A program made the translations under genes and the position numbers. From a virus, in the IMG/VR virus record IMGVR_UViG_3300040801_000976, positions 1 through 64,000 of that record: a stretch of 64,000 bases of DNA; one strand, written 5' to 3'. The stretch's first letter is position 1. Every line of letters starts with the position of its first letter. Shown piece by piece: positions 16,398 through 26,356 of this stretch. Under the pieces are notes generated by a model that was not told the origin of the DNA, searched no databases, and saw only the letters and a program-made list of their open reading frames with translations.

Positions 16398-16673
16398 ATG
16401 ACTGTGTTATATAAAAAAGGCGGTAGTTGTAAAAAAGGTTGTGCTCTCCGAAACTATAAGAGAGGTGGCGGTCTTAAGAGAACTGATGATTACGGTTCTA
16501 AAAAGAAACCTTATCCTTCTGTAGATAAGAAAGACTTTGCTGGAGGAGATAGGTCATACCCAATACCCACTAAAGCAGATGCGGTAGATGCTTTGAGATT
16601 AGCAGGATTACACAATAGACCTGACGTTAAGGCAAAGGTGTATAAAAAGTATCCCAGTTTAAAGAAAAAATAA
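16398..16673 (+). CDS. Small basic hypothetical protein
   Basis: ORF track; SYPIPTKADAVDALRLAG segment. Confidence 0.7.
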   Translation: MTVLYKKGGSCKKGCALRNYKRGGGLKRTDDYGSKKKPYPSVDKKDFAGGDRSYPIPTKADAVDALRLAGLHNRPDVKAKVYKKYPSLKKK

Positions 16674-16683
16674 AAGATGATTT

Positions 16684-18927
16684 ATGACTGATGTAAAACT
16701 GAATAAGGAAAATGTAGATAATATTATTGATTTATGGTTACCGGATAAAGAATTATGTGCAGAACAACAAGAATTTCGCGCAAAAAACGAGTGGCGTAGG
16801 GATAAGTATAGTGGTATTATCAAACCTTCTGAGTTGGGTATCGAGAAGTACCGCTACGGAGATATATTACACCCTAACTTTTACTCGGGTAGAACTCCGC
16901 CTCAAGTTCCGATGGACTCGGTGGAGAATCTAGAGTGGTACGAAGAACAGTTAAAAAGATGTGTTTATGGTTATGAATATGGTAACCAAAGAATTACTGG
17001 AGATCATTATTGGTTTCTGAACTTCACACCCTTTTTAATAGCATTAAAAGATAAAAACGGTAACCCAACAACAAACTTTGACACAGATTTTCCGTATTTC
17101 TCGTACCAACACGATTATATATTCAAACTTATTGAAGAAGCACATAGTACATCAAAAGCTATAATGCTTATGGGCGGTCGTGGTTTTGGTAAGACTTATA
17201 TGATGCTAAGTATTTCTGCTAAAGCATATTACCTAAAACCAGAAAGCCACAATGTTATATCTGGAACTAATTCGGGTCACGCGGGAGAAGCTTTCTCGAA
17301 GATGAGAGATATGTTAAGGGCTATAGACTCGGCTCATCCTACACTAGCACTATCCCGGCTAATTAACACAAAATATTTCATTAAGTCAGGTTACGAAGTA
17401 ACGAGAGATGGTGTAAAGAAGGAGGAAGGTCCTATGTCTAAGTTACAGTGCGTTATATATGGTGATAATCCAGGTGTTACGCGTGGATCCAGACCAGATA
17501 CCTTTTTGATGGAGGAGATAGGTGACTGGGCTTCTGGTAAGGCTAATCTTAAAGCTTGTATAAATGCTTCCGAGGGTTCTTGGAAGGTAGGATCAATCTT
17601 TAAGACAAGGTTGATGATGATTGGTACGGGTGGTTCTGTATCTACGGACCAAGCTAAAGATTTATTTACTAATCCGGATGCTTATGATATTCTAGCGGTT
17701 AAAGATTTCCCCACAGGTAAAATGCATAAGCACGCTGTGTTTATTCCCTCAGACTATCTATTAGGAGGTATGGGCTGGGAACGCACAGGCGTGAACAACA
17801 ACGAAGAGGCTAGAAAATTCCTCAATAACCGACGGGAGTTGGCTAAAGAGGATATGGAATTATTAGATAGTAGAACGCGCGAGTGGCCTTTCACAATAGA
17901 AGAAGTTTTTAAGAGAACGGGAACTAATATATTCAATCAGCGTAAGATATCGAAACAATGGGTTGATATAGAATTAGGTGCTGATCACGTGGTTAAACCA
18001 GAACGTGGTATGCTAGAATGGGTTCGATCTAAAGGAGGTTCTATAGTAGATGTAAAGTGGTCTAAAAACCCTAACGGAAACATAGAAATAGTAGAACATC
18101 CTTTTCGAGGTGAGAAAGGTGATAGACTATTTAATAAATTATATGTGATAGGAGTTGATAGTATTGATCAAGGTCAGTTAGACAGTACATCTTTAAAAAA
18201 CAGATCATCATTAGCAGCTTTAGTCAAGAAAAGAATCGCGGACGGTGGTTATTTCACGCAGACCTCGAATTTATACGTTGCGAAGTTTCTCGGTAGAAGT
18301 TTAGATGTTAGGGATGACTATGAAGAGGTGTTAAAACTTTCTATGTACTATAATGGTCAGATAAACCTTGAATACACAAAGATTGGTTTGGTACACTACT
18401 TTAGAGAGAAGAAGCAGTGGCACCGTTTCATGAAACGACCGCAGGTAGCAATGCCTTCCGCAGATGACGGTTCATTACGAAGATTAGGTGTTCTTAAAAA
18501 CGATACATTAATAGGAACAACTACATCGCCTGGAGTTATTGACCATCAGGATGGTAAAATCAAAGAGTATATTAACGAATACTGTCATCAGATATTTTTT
18601 CGTGACGTATTGGAACAACTTAGGGATTATCAAAGAGAAGATCGTAGAAAATATGACCTTGTTGTAGCTATGGGTCTTTGTGAGATAGCTGATGAAGATT
18701 TACTTGGGGAACCTGCAAAGGATGAGAGAACCGAGACGGAAAATTTTAAACAGTTTGGTTACTATAAAGATGAATATGGTCGGACTCAGTTTGGTGTATT
18801 ACCTGCCAGTAAAACATTAGACGACGAAATACGTATGGAGAATAAAATGGATTTTTCGTGGGTAGATTCGACAGGCACTCCTCGATTCGATAAAAAATAT
18901 GATGTGCTAGATGCACGCGATTTATAA
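16684..18927 (+). CDS. terL: Terminase large subunit
   Basis: Walker A GGRGFGKT, Walker B FLMEEIG, coupling motif IGTGG, nuclease YVIGVDSID, YDLVVAMG. Confidence 0.95.
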   Translation: MTDVKLNKENVDNIIDLWLPDKELCAEQQEFRAKNEWRRDKYSGIIKPSELGIEKYRYGDILHPNFYSGRTPPQVPMDSVENLEWYEEQLKRCVYGYEYGNQRITGDHYWFLNFTPFLIALKDKNGNPTTNFDTDFPYFSYQHDYIFKLIEEAHSTSKAIMLMGGRGFGKTYMMLSISAKAYYLKPESHNVISGTNSGHAGEAFSKMRDMLRAIDSAHPTLALSRLINTKYFIKSGYEVTRDGVKKEEGPMSKLQCVIYGDNPGVTRGSRPDTFLMEEIGDWASGKANLKACINASEGSWKVGSIFKTRLMMIGTGGSVSTDQAKDLFTNPDAYDILAVKDFPTGKMHKHAVFIPSDYLLGGMGWERTGVNNNEEARKFLNNRRELAKEDMELLDSRTREWPFTIEEVFKRTGTNIFNQRKISKQWVDIELGADHVVKPERGMLEWVRSKGGSIVDVKWSKNPNGNIEIVEHPFRGEKGDRLFNKLYVIGVDSIDQGQLDSTSLKNRSSLAALVKKRIADGGYFTQTSNLYVAKFLGRSLDVRDDYEEVLKLSMYYNGQINLEYTKIGLVHYFREKKQWHRFMKRPQVAMPSADDGSLRRLGVLKNDTLIGTTTSPGVIDHQDGKIKEYINEYCHQIFFRDVLEQLRDYQREDRRKYDLVVAMGLCEIADEDLLGEPAKDERTETENFKQFGYYKDEYGRTQFGVLPASKTLDDEIRMENKMDFSWVDSTGTPRFDKKYDVLDARDL

Positions 18928-18939
18928 AATTACAAATTT

Positions 18940-19167
18940 ATGTCTTACTTTAAGCGATTGACGGATAATGATGATCCTACAGCTAACTCTAAGATATTTA
19001 TATCAATAGCAGCTTTAGTTGTATACATAGGAGTAGTAGTAGCCGCTGTATGGTGGGGTAAAGATGTTCCAGACAATATACTGTGGTCTTTACTTATACT
19101 AATTGGTACTGGAGCTGGTATATCAGAGTTATCATCACTTATTAAATTATTAAAAAAACCAAAATGA
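18940..19167 (+). CDS. Putative holin
   Basis: 75 aa, two TM segments, basic C-terminus, lysis context. Confidence 0.6.
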   Translation: MSYFKRLTDNDDPTANSKIFISIAALVVYIGVVVAAVWWGKDVPDNILWSLLILIGTGAGISELSSLIKLLKKPK

Positions 19168-19745
19168 AAAAAATAGTAACAATTATTTTACTAATACTGT
19201 TCTCTGTTTCCTTATTAAGTGTAATAGTTAAACAGAGGTCGAAATTAGAGCGAATAGAGGACAATAACAGGATTATGGTTGCTCGGTATCAAAAGGACTC
19301 TGTAAATGCCGCAAAAGAGCTTAAACTAACTAAAAAAGAGTTCTCTGATTATGTATCAGGATCAGATACAAGAATCCAAGTACTACTAGATAGATTGGAC
19401 GTTAAAGATAAACAGGTTCAAGAATACAAAAGGCTAGCATCAGAGACAAAGGTAAGCGTGGTAACGGAATTAAGAGATACAGTCATTTATAGATACGATA
19501 CAGTCGTGAGAGTTAGGGCTTTTTCGTGGAAAGATCCGTGGACAACTATTTCCGGGTATACTGATTCTTTGAACATAACAATAGACTACAGAAGTGTTGA
19601 TACATTGCACTTATTAAAGTATTGGGAGAGAAATTTTCAATGGAGATGGCCTTTTATAGTTAAAGAGGAGGATTTTAGTATTACTAACAATAATCCGAAC
19701 GCTTCCTATATACTGGATGAAAATATCGAAATTATTAAAAAATGA
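19164..19745 (+). CDS. Putative inner-membrane spanin-like protein
   Basis: N-terminal TM plus coiled coil; adjacent to the holin. Confidence 0.55.
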   Translation: MKKIVTIILLILFSVSLLSVIVKQRSKLERIEDNNRIMVARYQKDSVNAAKELKLTKKEFSDYVSGSDTRIQVLLDRLDVKDKQVQEYKRLASETKVSVVTELRDTVIYRYDTVVRVRAFSWKDPWTTISGYTDSLNITIDYRSVDTLHLLKYWERNFQWRWPFIVKEEDFSITNNNPNASYILDENIEIIKK

Positions 19746-19764
19746 GTTTACTTTTTAAAATAAA

Positions 19765-19777
19765 TTTACTATAATAC
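19765..19777 (+). promoter_or_regulatory. TTTACTATAATAC candidate late promoter
   Basis: Exact motif copy 34 bp before ATG 19812. Confidence 0.7.
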
Positions 19778-19811
19778 AATTGTACCTTTTAAAAACAGCG
19801 ATAAACACACT

Positions 19812-20717
19812 ATGAAGAAATTAGTATTACTATTTACAGTATTATACTTTATAACTATATCATTTACCTCTAGTTTAAGCGGTGACTGGTATATACCATC
19901 GAATTGGGTTGGTAATCAAGTGCCTACAGACAGTAATGATATTGTTACAATAGATAACAATGATGATATGTCATTAAGTAGTAATATTATTACTATTGTA
20001 TCAGATATAACATTTAGAAATAATAGTGGTGTGCATATTACTGTGGGAGATACACTTTCCGTGAACAATGTTATAATAGAAAACAATGCTTATATAGTAG
20101 TAGATGGTTCATTGGTTGTACGCGGTTCCGTAATCATGAATAATAACAGTAACTTAAATATTAGTTCGGATGGCAACGTCCATATCCTTGGTGATGTTGA
20201 TAATTCAAAGGGTATAATAACTAATATGGGAGGAGAGGTTATTATCGAAGGTGATTTAATAAACGACGGTAGTATTATCAACGACGGCAGTATAACGGTA
20301 AATGGTGAGGTGACAGGTGTAGGATCTGTTTCAGGTAATCCATTACCTATTATACTCGATTACTTTATTTGTTACTACGAAAAGAGTGTTATTATTTTAG
20401 AATGGAAAACTTTAGAAGAATATAATAATGATTACTTCCTTATAAGCTGTAGTACGGATGCTTTAGTTTGGGAAGAATCCAAAACCGTGGTGGCACTAAA
20501 CAAACCCTCCATTTACAGGTTCTATGTTTCTTGTAACCATAAGTACTACAGACTAACACAAGTTGATTACGATGGAACCACTGCTGTGTTTCCAATAGTA
20601 TCAATACCTAATCGCCACGGTTTTGGGGAACCTGATTTATTAGATATCAGAGGAATACCAGTACATAATACCAGAGAGTCTTCAATACTAAAAGGTAATG
20701 TACTAATAAAATATTAA
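19812..20717 (+). CDS. Secreted host-like protein (beta-helix plus PLP..L..F Ig-like module typical of Bacteroidota T9SS cargo)
   Basis: Signal peptide; GDW....NW start; NPLPIILDYF...LEWKT..E.NNDYF...YYRLTQVDYDG. Confidence 0.7.
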   Translation: MKKLVLLFTVLYFITISFTSSLSGDWYIPSNWVGNQVPTDSNDIVTIDNNDDMSLSSNIITIVSDITFRNNSGVHITVGDTLSVNNVIIENNAYIVVDGSLVVRGSVIMNNNSNLNISSDGNVHILGDVDNSKGIITNMGGEVIIEGDLINDGSIINDGSITVNGEVTGVGSVSGNPLPIILDYFICYYEKSVIILEWKTLEEYNNDYFLISCSTDALVWEESKTVVALNKPSIYRFYVSCNHKYYRLTQVDYDGTTAVFPIVSIPNRHGFGEPDLLDIRGIPVHNTRESSILKGNVLIKY

Positions 20718-20720
20718 GAT

Positions 20721-20794
20721 AGCGAGGTAGAGCAGTTGGTCAGCTCGTCAGGCTCATAACCTGGAAGTCGTAGGTTCGAGTCCTACCCTCGCTA
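20721..20794 (+). tRNA. tRNA-Met(CAT), initiator-like
   Basis: Acceptor AGCGAGG/CCTCGCT, D-stem GAGC/GCTC, anticodon arm TCAGG-CTCATAA-CCTGG, T-arm GTAGG-TTCGAGT-CCTAC; CCA not encoded. Confidence 0.95.
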
Positions 20795-20836
20795 CTAAAG
20801 ATAAATGAATGTTAATTATCAAAACAAAAATGAAAA

Positions 20837-21052
20837 ATGAAGAATGAATTTACAACCGTTAGCGTAGAAACATTAAACAGTGTAGTTAATTATTTAGCTA
20901 ATAGGCCGTGGAAAGAAGTGAATGGTTTGTTGACCAGACTCAGCTCCGACAGCAAAAAATCTGCAGAACAAGCAAAACCTGTTGATAAACCAAGTACTGC
21001 AAGTAAGAGCATTAAACAAGAATCAGAACCAGAACTAGAGATTGCAGAATAA
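20837..21052 (+). CDS. Small hypothetical protein
   Basis: ORF track; YL..RPW.EV..L motif. Confidence 0.7.
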   Translation: MKNEFTTVSVETLNSVVNYLANRPWKEVNGLLTRLSSDSKKSAEQAKPVDKPSTASKSIKQESEPELEIAE

Positions 21053-21501
21053 TGAGGAACATAAATAAAATAATTATACATTGTTCTGACAGCGATATAC
21101 CTAGTCATGATGACATCTCCGTTATAGATGATTGGCACAAACAACGTGGATTTAAACTAACATTACCTGACGGTAATGTAATGCACGTTGGTTATCACTA
21201 CTTCATACAATCAGACGGATCCGTACAAAACGGTAGACCTGAAGAATACACGGGAGCCCATTGTTTAGGACATAACCACGATTCGATAGGAATATGTCAG
21301 CATGGAATAAATAAATTTTCCGACAAACAATTTAAATCGTTGGCCAAATTGGTACTAAAACTTCTAAATAAGTATGATGCCACAATACATGGTCATAACG
21401 AATTTTCTGACAAAGATTGTCCAGGTTTTAATATAGATGATTTTATAGAAAAATACATTGCTAATATAGGTAGTGTAGATGTTAATGGTAAAAAGAAGTA
21501 A
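21052..21501 (+). CDS. N-acetylmuramoyl-L-alanine amidase (Amidase_2, T7 lysozyme-like endolysin)
   Basis: IIIHCS, WHKQRGF, GYHYFI, GAHC.GHN..SIGIC, GHNEF..K.CPGF. Confidence 0.95.
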   Translation: MRNINKIIIHCSDSDIPSHDDISVIDDWHKQRGFKLTLPDGNVMHVGYHYFIQSDGSVQNGRPEEYTGAHCLGHNHDSIGICQHGINKFSDKQFKSLAKLVLKLLNKYDATIHGHNEFSDKDCPGFNIDDFIEKYIANIGSVDVNGKKK

Positions 21502-22113
21502 ATGGTAATAAATAATATTAATAGTATAGAACCAAAACAAGATATGGTTCTAGTAGAGGTAACAACATTAGTTGATAGTGAATTAGTAATAACAGAAGAT
21601 TCATTACCTGACAAACCAGCAATGCGTTTTGCTAAAGTTATATCAATGGGCCCTGATGTAACAAGTAAAGAACATTGCCCTGGTTTAAAAGTAGGGGATC
21701 ACGTATCTTTTACGGAGTTTGCGGGTTATCATTTAGCTGTAGACAGCAAGGATATAGTAAAAGTTATTAGAGGTTATGATATACTATCAATAATTACAGA
21801 TATGAACAATATAAATTCGGATACAGTTGTACCAACCACAGACCGGTTATTAGTAGAGGAATTGCCGCAGGGTGTAGAGCAGGATGGTTTATTTCTAGGA
21901 AATGCTTCCGCAGACCCACGGTTAGCCAGTTTAAATTACGGTAAAGTATTATCAATAGGACCATCGTGCCTAGATAAAACAATTACCAAAGACTCCATAG
22001 TGGCGTATGCTCCTTACGTAGGAGAGACTATAAGAGAGTACGAATCGGAAGATAAAAAAGGATTAAGGGTAGTACGCCAACCGGATGTACTACTGACAAT
22101 GAAAGCAGAATAA
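21502..22113 (+). CDS. Co-chaperonin with two tandem GroES domains
   Basis: IEPKQDMVLVE..AKVISMGP..LKVGDHVSFTEFAG..DIL and VVPTTDRLLVE..GKVLSIGP..VAYAPYVG..DVL. Confidence 0.8.
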   Translation: MVINNINSIEPKQDMVLVEVTTLVDSELVITEDSLPDKPAMRFAKVISMGPDVTSKEHCPGLKVGDHVSFTEFAGYHLAVDSKDIVKVIRGYDILSIITDMNNINSDTVVPTTDRLLVEELPQGVEQDGLFLGNASADPRLASLNYGKVLSIGPSCLDKTITKDSIVAYAPYVGETIREYESEDKKGLRVVRQPDVLLTMKAE

Positions 22114-22128
22114 GTGCTTATATAGAAC

Positions 22129-22162
22129 AGGCCCGGCAAATTAATTTTTGTTGGGCTTTTTT
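22129..22162 (+). terminator. Intrinsic terminator
   Basis: AGGCCCGGCAAA/TTTGTTGGGCTT hairpin plus T run. Confidence 0.75.
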
Positions 22163-22212
22163 AGTTTACGAGAAATATTATTTAAAATATATACATTAAA
22201 GATCATTTGCAA

Positions 22213-24498
22213 ATGACAAGACCATCACTATCATCTTATCCCACTGCTTATTATGAAGACGTTCATTTAAGCGAAAAAGATAAGTCATCTAAAGAATACC
22301 TACAGGCGAGCATGAACCACTGGGTATCTTCTCTGGTGCACGATAAGAGTTATATGAAAACTTATCGAGATTACTATAATGGTGTTAGGAATAATAAAGA
22401 TTTTGAGTACCTAACAGATAATTATGGTATAGGTACACCTACTGCTCTAAAGTTTACTAATATAATTAAACCTCGCGTCGACTCTCTGGTGTCACAAATA
22501 ACAGACGATAATTTTACTTACACTGTTTCGTGTACCGACGATAAGACATTGGATTTAATACAGGAAGAGAAGAAAAATAAGAAATTAAAAGAGATAAACG
22601 AGGCTCTAGATTCGTTTTCTAACTCCATATTAAGTAGTAAGAAATCTATAACACAATCGGATTACCGTTCAAATCTAGCACGTATAACTAAAAAATACGA
22701 AACTAACTACTTATCTGATTTTGAAGTAGCTGCCCAAAAAGTATGCTCTTACTTCGAGAGAAGTAATGAATTAGGTATAAGGCAAAAACTAATTACCCTA
22801 GCTACTGACCTTATAGTGGTTGGCGAATGTTATTGGCGCGTTTATTTTACTAAATACGGCTCCGACCCAAAGTTAGAGATAATAAAACCAGAGAACTTTT
22901 TCCACAACAAAAGTACTAACACACCTTTCCTGGATACAACCGATGCGGTAGTTAGGAGAGAATACCTGACACACAAAGAAGTAGTTCGTAAGTTTGGTAA
23001 GTTTTTATCTAAGGATGACCTCACGGAGATGTTTGGTGATCGTTACATGACTATGTCATCACGTAATTTAAATTCCGGACTTGATTTAGAACTATATTAC
23101 GGTGAGGACAATCCACAATTACAAGACAGACACTACAGTACAGCCTACACCGTGGAAACTCTTCATATCGAATGGAAGGTTACTAATGAAAGCGATTTGG
23201 ATGATGAAGAACGAGCTAGTTACCAAACTATAGATAGTGGTTTTAACAACGAGCCTAAATCTACATCTAGAAGGGAAGACTTATACGAGGGAACACGTAT
23301 AGGCGGTAAATGGTTTGTAAATTGTGGTAAGGTAGAGAATACGCCAAGATCTTCCAACGACCCAGAAGCTGTGGAATTTACCTACGGAGGTATATGTAAT
23401 AACGACAGGGCGGGTAAACCATTTTCTATCGTTGGTTCATTAAAGGATATCCAAGATACCTACGACCTAATAATATTCTATAGAGATAACCTAGTAGCTA
23501 ACTCGGGTGTATCTGGCGATAGAATAAATTTGGCCGGTATACCTAAAGCTTTGGGAAACAATTTCATGGATAGACTATTCAAATTCATAGCACTTAAAAA
23601 GAATGGTGTAGAGTTGATAGATCCTACGGAGCCTGGAGCACAGTTATTTCAACACTACGGATCCTTTAATAATACTCTTGATGGAAGAGCAGTAGACTCC
23701 ATCGAATCACTACTTAGATTTATAGAACATCAGGCAGATATAGCAGCAGGCACTACCCAGCAAATGTTGGGACAGATTGCGGAGCGCGAAGCCATAGGTA
23801 ATGTCAAGATTGGATTACACCAGTCATTACTTATAAACCAAGTTCTATTTGGACTATTTAGATCGGCGCATACAAATGTCATGTCTAAGTTGTTAAAGAG
23901 CTCACAAGTATCGTACCAGGAGGGTAAAAAGATATCTTACGTGGCGGGTACAGAATCTTATGTATTCGGTATATTACCTGAAAAATTCTCGTATACGGAC
24001 TACGCGTTGTCAATAGGATATGCCTCGAAAGATACGCAAAAATTACTGGAATTAAAAGCACTTGCTAAAGAGCTTGTGTCGAACCAAATGGTTGATCCAG
24101 ATGTTATAACCAAAATAATGCTTTCCGATTCTATCACGGAGATACAGAGATTGATTACACAGAACTGGTTAGAGAAGAAAGAAGAGTCTATGGGATTATC
24201 TAAAGCCAACAGTATCATTGAACAGATGGAAGACCAGATCAAACAACTTGAAGGCGAATTAACCAATGCTAAACAGCAACTCGAGGCTTCTACAGGCGGT
24301 GATAAAGGACTCAAAATTAAAGAACTAGAGTTAAAACAGTTTGAGATAGAGAGAAAGCTTGAGATTGAAGGTAAGAAGGTTAAGGACGCTAATGATTACC
24401 AAGACAAGAAAATTGACTTGGATAAAGAACGTGTTCAACTAGAGAGAGAACAGTTATATTTGGGAACAGGTCCTGAACGCGAAGTAAGAAATTCTTAA
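22213..24498 (+). CDS. Portal protein
   Basis: About 760 aa; DFEYLTDNYGIGTP..LKFTNIIKPRVD.L N-terminus typical of crAss-like portals; C-terminal coiled coil. Confidence 0.9.
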   Translation: MTRPSLSSYPTAYYEDVHLSEKDKSSKEYLQASMNHWVSSLVHDKSYMKTYRDYYNGVRNNKDFEYLTDNYGIGTPTALKFTNIIKPRVDSLVSQITDDNFTYTVSCTDDKTLDLIQEEKKNKKLKEINEALDSFSNSILSSKKSITQSDYRSNLARITKKYETNYLSDFEVAAQKVCSYFERSNELGIRQKLITLATDLIVVGECYWRVYFTKYGSDPKLEIIKPENFFHNKSTNTPFLDTTDAVVRREYLTHKEVVRKFGKFLSKDDLTEMFGDRYMTMSSRNLNSGLDLELYYGEDNPQLQDRHYSTAYTVETLHIEWKVTNESDLDDEERASYQTIDSGFNNEPKSTSRREDLYEGTRIGGKWFVNCGKVENTPRSSNDPEAVEFTYGGICNNDRAGKPFSIVGSLKDIQDTYDLIIFYRDNLVANSGVSGDRINLAGIPKALGNNFMDRLFKFIALKKNGVELIDPTEPGAQLFQHYGSFNNTLDGRAVDSIESLLRFIEHQADIAAGTTQQMLGQIAEREAIGNVKIGLHQSLLINQVLFGLFRSAHTNVMSKLLKSSQVSYQEGKKISYVAGTESYVFGILPEKFSYTDYALSIGYASKDTQKLLELKALAKELVSNQMVDPDVITKIMLSDSITEIQRLITQNWLEKKEESMGLSKANSIIEQMEDQIKQLEGELTNAKQQLEASTGGDKGLKIKELELKQFEIERKLEIEGKKVKDANDYQDKKIDLDKERVQLEREQLYLGTGPEREVRNS

Positions 24499-24509
24499 TA
24501 AAAACAGAA

Positions 24510-25454
24510 ATGGTAAAAGAAGTTGAATTTTCGAATGTAGTAGAGTTATTAAACAGCGCTGCTACTTTTTACAGCGATGGTCCTAATCAACCTATGTTTG
24601 ATGGCAAATTATCTAACGAAGGTAAGAGTCTTACTATAACCGTTGGTAGAAAATTACCTATAGTGACGGTAGGAGGTCGTATGTTGATACTATACTTTGG
24701 TAACGTTGATTTTGAAAATAAACTAATCAATTACACGGAACTATCTCGTACCGACTTGGAGTACGATTCTACTGGTTTATATAATAGAGAATACACATTT
24801 GATATATCAAAGGTCTTAACGATACCACGAAAAGTATACAATACATCTGGTACTTCGGAGATAACCATAGATCTATATACTTACGAAGCCAATATAACAA
24901 CAGATTACGGCAGTAAACGGCTATCTGTTCCTTATTCTGTAAATGCGGACTCCACCTACACCTACGATAACTCCACAGATGGTTTGTTTAAATTAGTGAT
25001 GGTAGATTTCCCTCTATGGAATATCAATACCACATACTACAAAGGAGATATTGCAATAAGAGATGGTGCCTTAATAGTGTGTAGAGCTGATGGAGTCGTG
25101 GGTTCTTACCTGGGTTGGGAAACTCCCACAGACATCGACATTGAAAACGCTGTTTACGGTGCTACGTTCAACGAACCATTATCAGCAATAATCTCTGATA
25201 TTCTTATAAGTCGACACGCTAAATATAACTATATAATGGAAGCTTTAAAATCCACGGGTTTTAAAGAGTACGATGATGTAGATAATTTTAGAGTTGTAAA
25301 ACTTATGCAATCATATAGAGAGAAAGCTTTATTTGATTTACTGGACCACCAACCAATAAGTGCTGTTACCAACTTAATGAAGTTGAGAAGGGCTTTTTCT
25401 ATAGTTAACAACAACAACGATACAAGACTGTATGAGATAAATTATACATTATGA
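24510..25454 (+). CDS. Putative virion structural protein
   Basis: ORF track; late operon. Confidence 0.6.
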   Translation: MVKEVEFSNVVELLNSAATFYSDGPNQPMFDGKLSNEGKSLTITVGRKLPIVTVGGRMLILYFGNVDFENKLINYTELSRTDLEYDSTGLYNREYTFDISKVLTIPRKVYNTSGTSEITIDLYTYEANITTDYGSKRLSVPYSVNADSTYTYDNSTDGLFKLVMVDFPLWNINTTYYKGDIAIRDGALIVCRADGVVGSYLGWETPTDIDIENAVYGATFNEPLSAIISDILISRHAKYNYIMEALKSTGFKEYDDVDNFRVVKLMQSYREKALFDLLDHQPISAVTNLMKLRRAFSIVNNNNDTRLYEINYTL

Positions 25455-26350
25455 TAAAAAATACATTTTTAGGAAAGTTAGTTAAAGTTATAAATGACGA
25501 GGTGATATCTGATGCTATAGTAGATAACATATCTGTAAGATGTGACTCTGTGGGTATCGAGATTGATACCTTTGATGTATCAGGTACAGCAGCTCCGGGT
25601 AAATTGGATATACTGTATTATAATTCTATAAATAGATTTGGGGAAATACTTCGAAGTGTAGTTTTTATATCTGATATGAAGCTAAGTGAGGATACCTCAC
25701 CAATATACCATAGACCAGATAAATATCTTAATAACTCAACTCTGGAGAAGAACTTAGTAATAGATAACTTTGATAACAAAACGTGGTTAAATTCAGAGAT
25801 TGAACAATCTAATGTAAATTTGTTAGAGAATTCCTCCAGAGGTACAGAACAGTTATTTGATAGGTTTGACCTAGAATCTGATTCTGCATCCGAAATATCT
25901 GATAATAGGCACTCTTATGATGGATGGTATACACTTGTATCTTTGTCGTTACCAATAATAGATGATTTGGAACAGATAGCAGACATCGGTAAATTAGTAT
26001 GGTGGCAAGGAAATGTACTATATGCTATAGAAGAAAATCCCAGGGATATATCTGATTGGAAATTCCTTCCAGAGGATATAGTATCTAGTATACCAATATT
26101 TAACATTTTGGGAAAAGGTTCAGACGAGGTTGAGTTTGTTAGTAAAGATATTTTTGTGATACAAAAAACGCACACACTATATAAAGAATTATTAGAATCT
26201 TTTCTAGATAGAGAAGGTTTTAATACATTTAATAAGATAAGACCAAAAATAAGATCTTTATACTCCTCTGCCACCTCAGATGATGACTTTTCTCTTGCAC
26301 AGACAATATTAAATTCAATCGCGTTATCTTTAGATAATGTTAAACACTAA
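25451..26350 (+). CDS. Putative virion structural protein
   Basis: ORF track; DGWYTLV resembles DGLFKLV of the previous gene. Confidence 0.6.
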   Translation: MIKNTFLGKLVKVINDEVISDAIVDNISVRCDSVGIEIDTFDVSGTAAPGKLDILYYNSINRFGEILRSVVFISDMKLSEDTSPIYHRPDKYLNNSTLEKNLVIDNFDNKTWLNSEIEQSNVNLLENSSRGTEQLFDRFDLESDSASEISDNRHSYDGWYTLVSLSLPIIDDLEQIADIGKLVWWQGNVLYAIEENPRDISDWKFLPEDIVSSIPIFNILGKGSDEVEFVSKDIFVIQKTHTLYKELLESFLDREGFNTFNKIRPKIRSLYSSATSDDDFSLAQTILNSIALSLDNVKH

Positions 26351-26356
26351 TTATAT

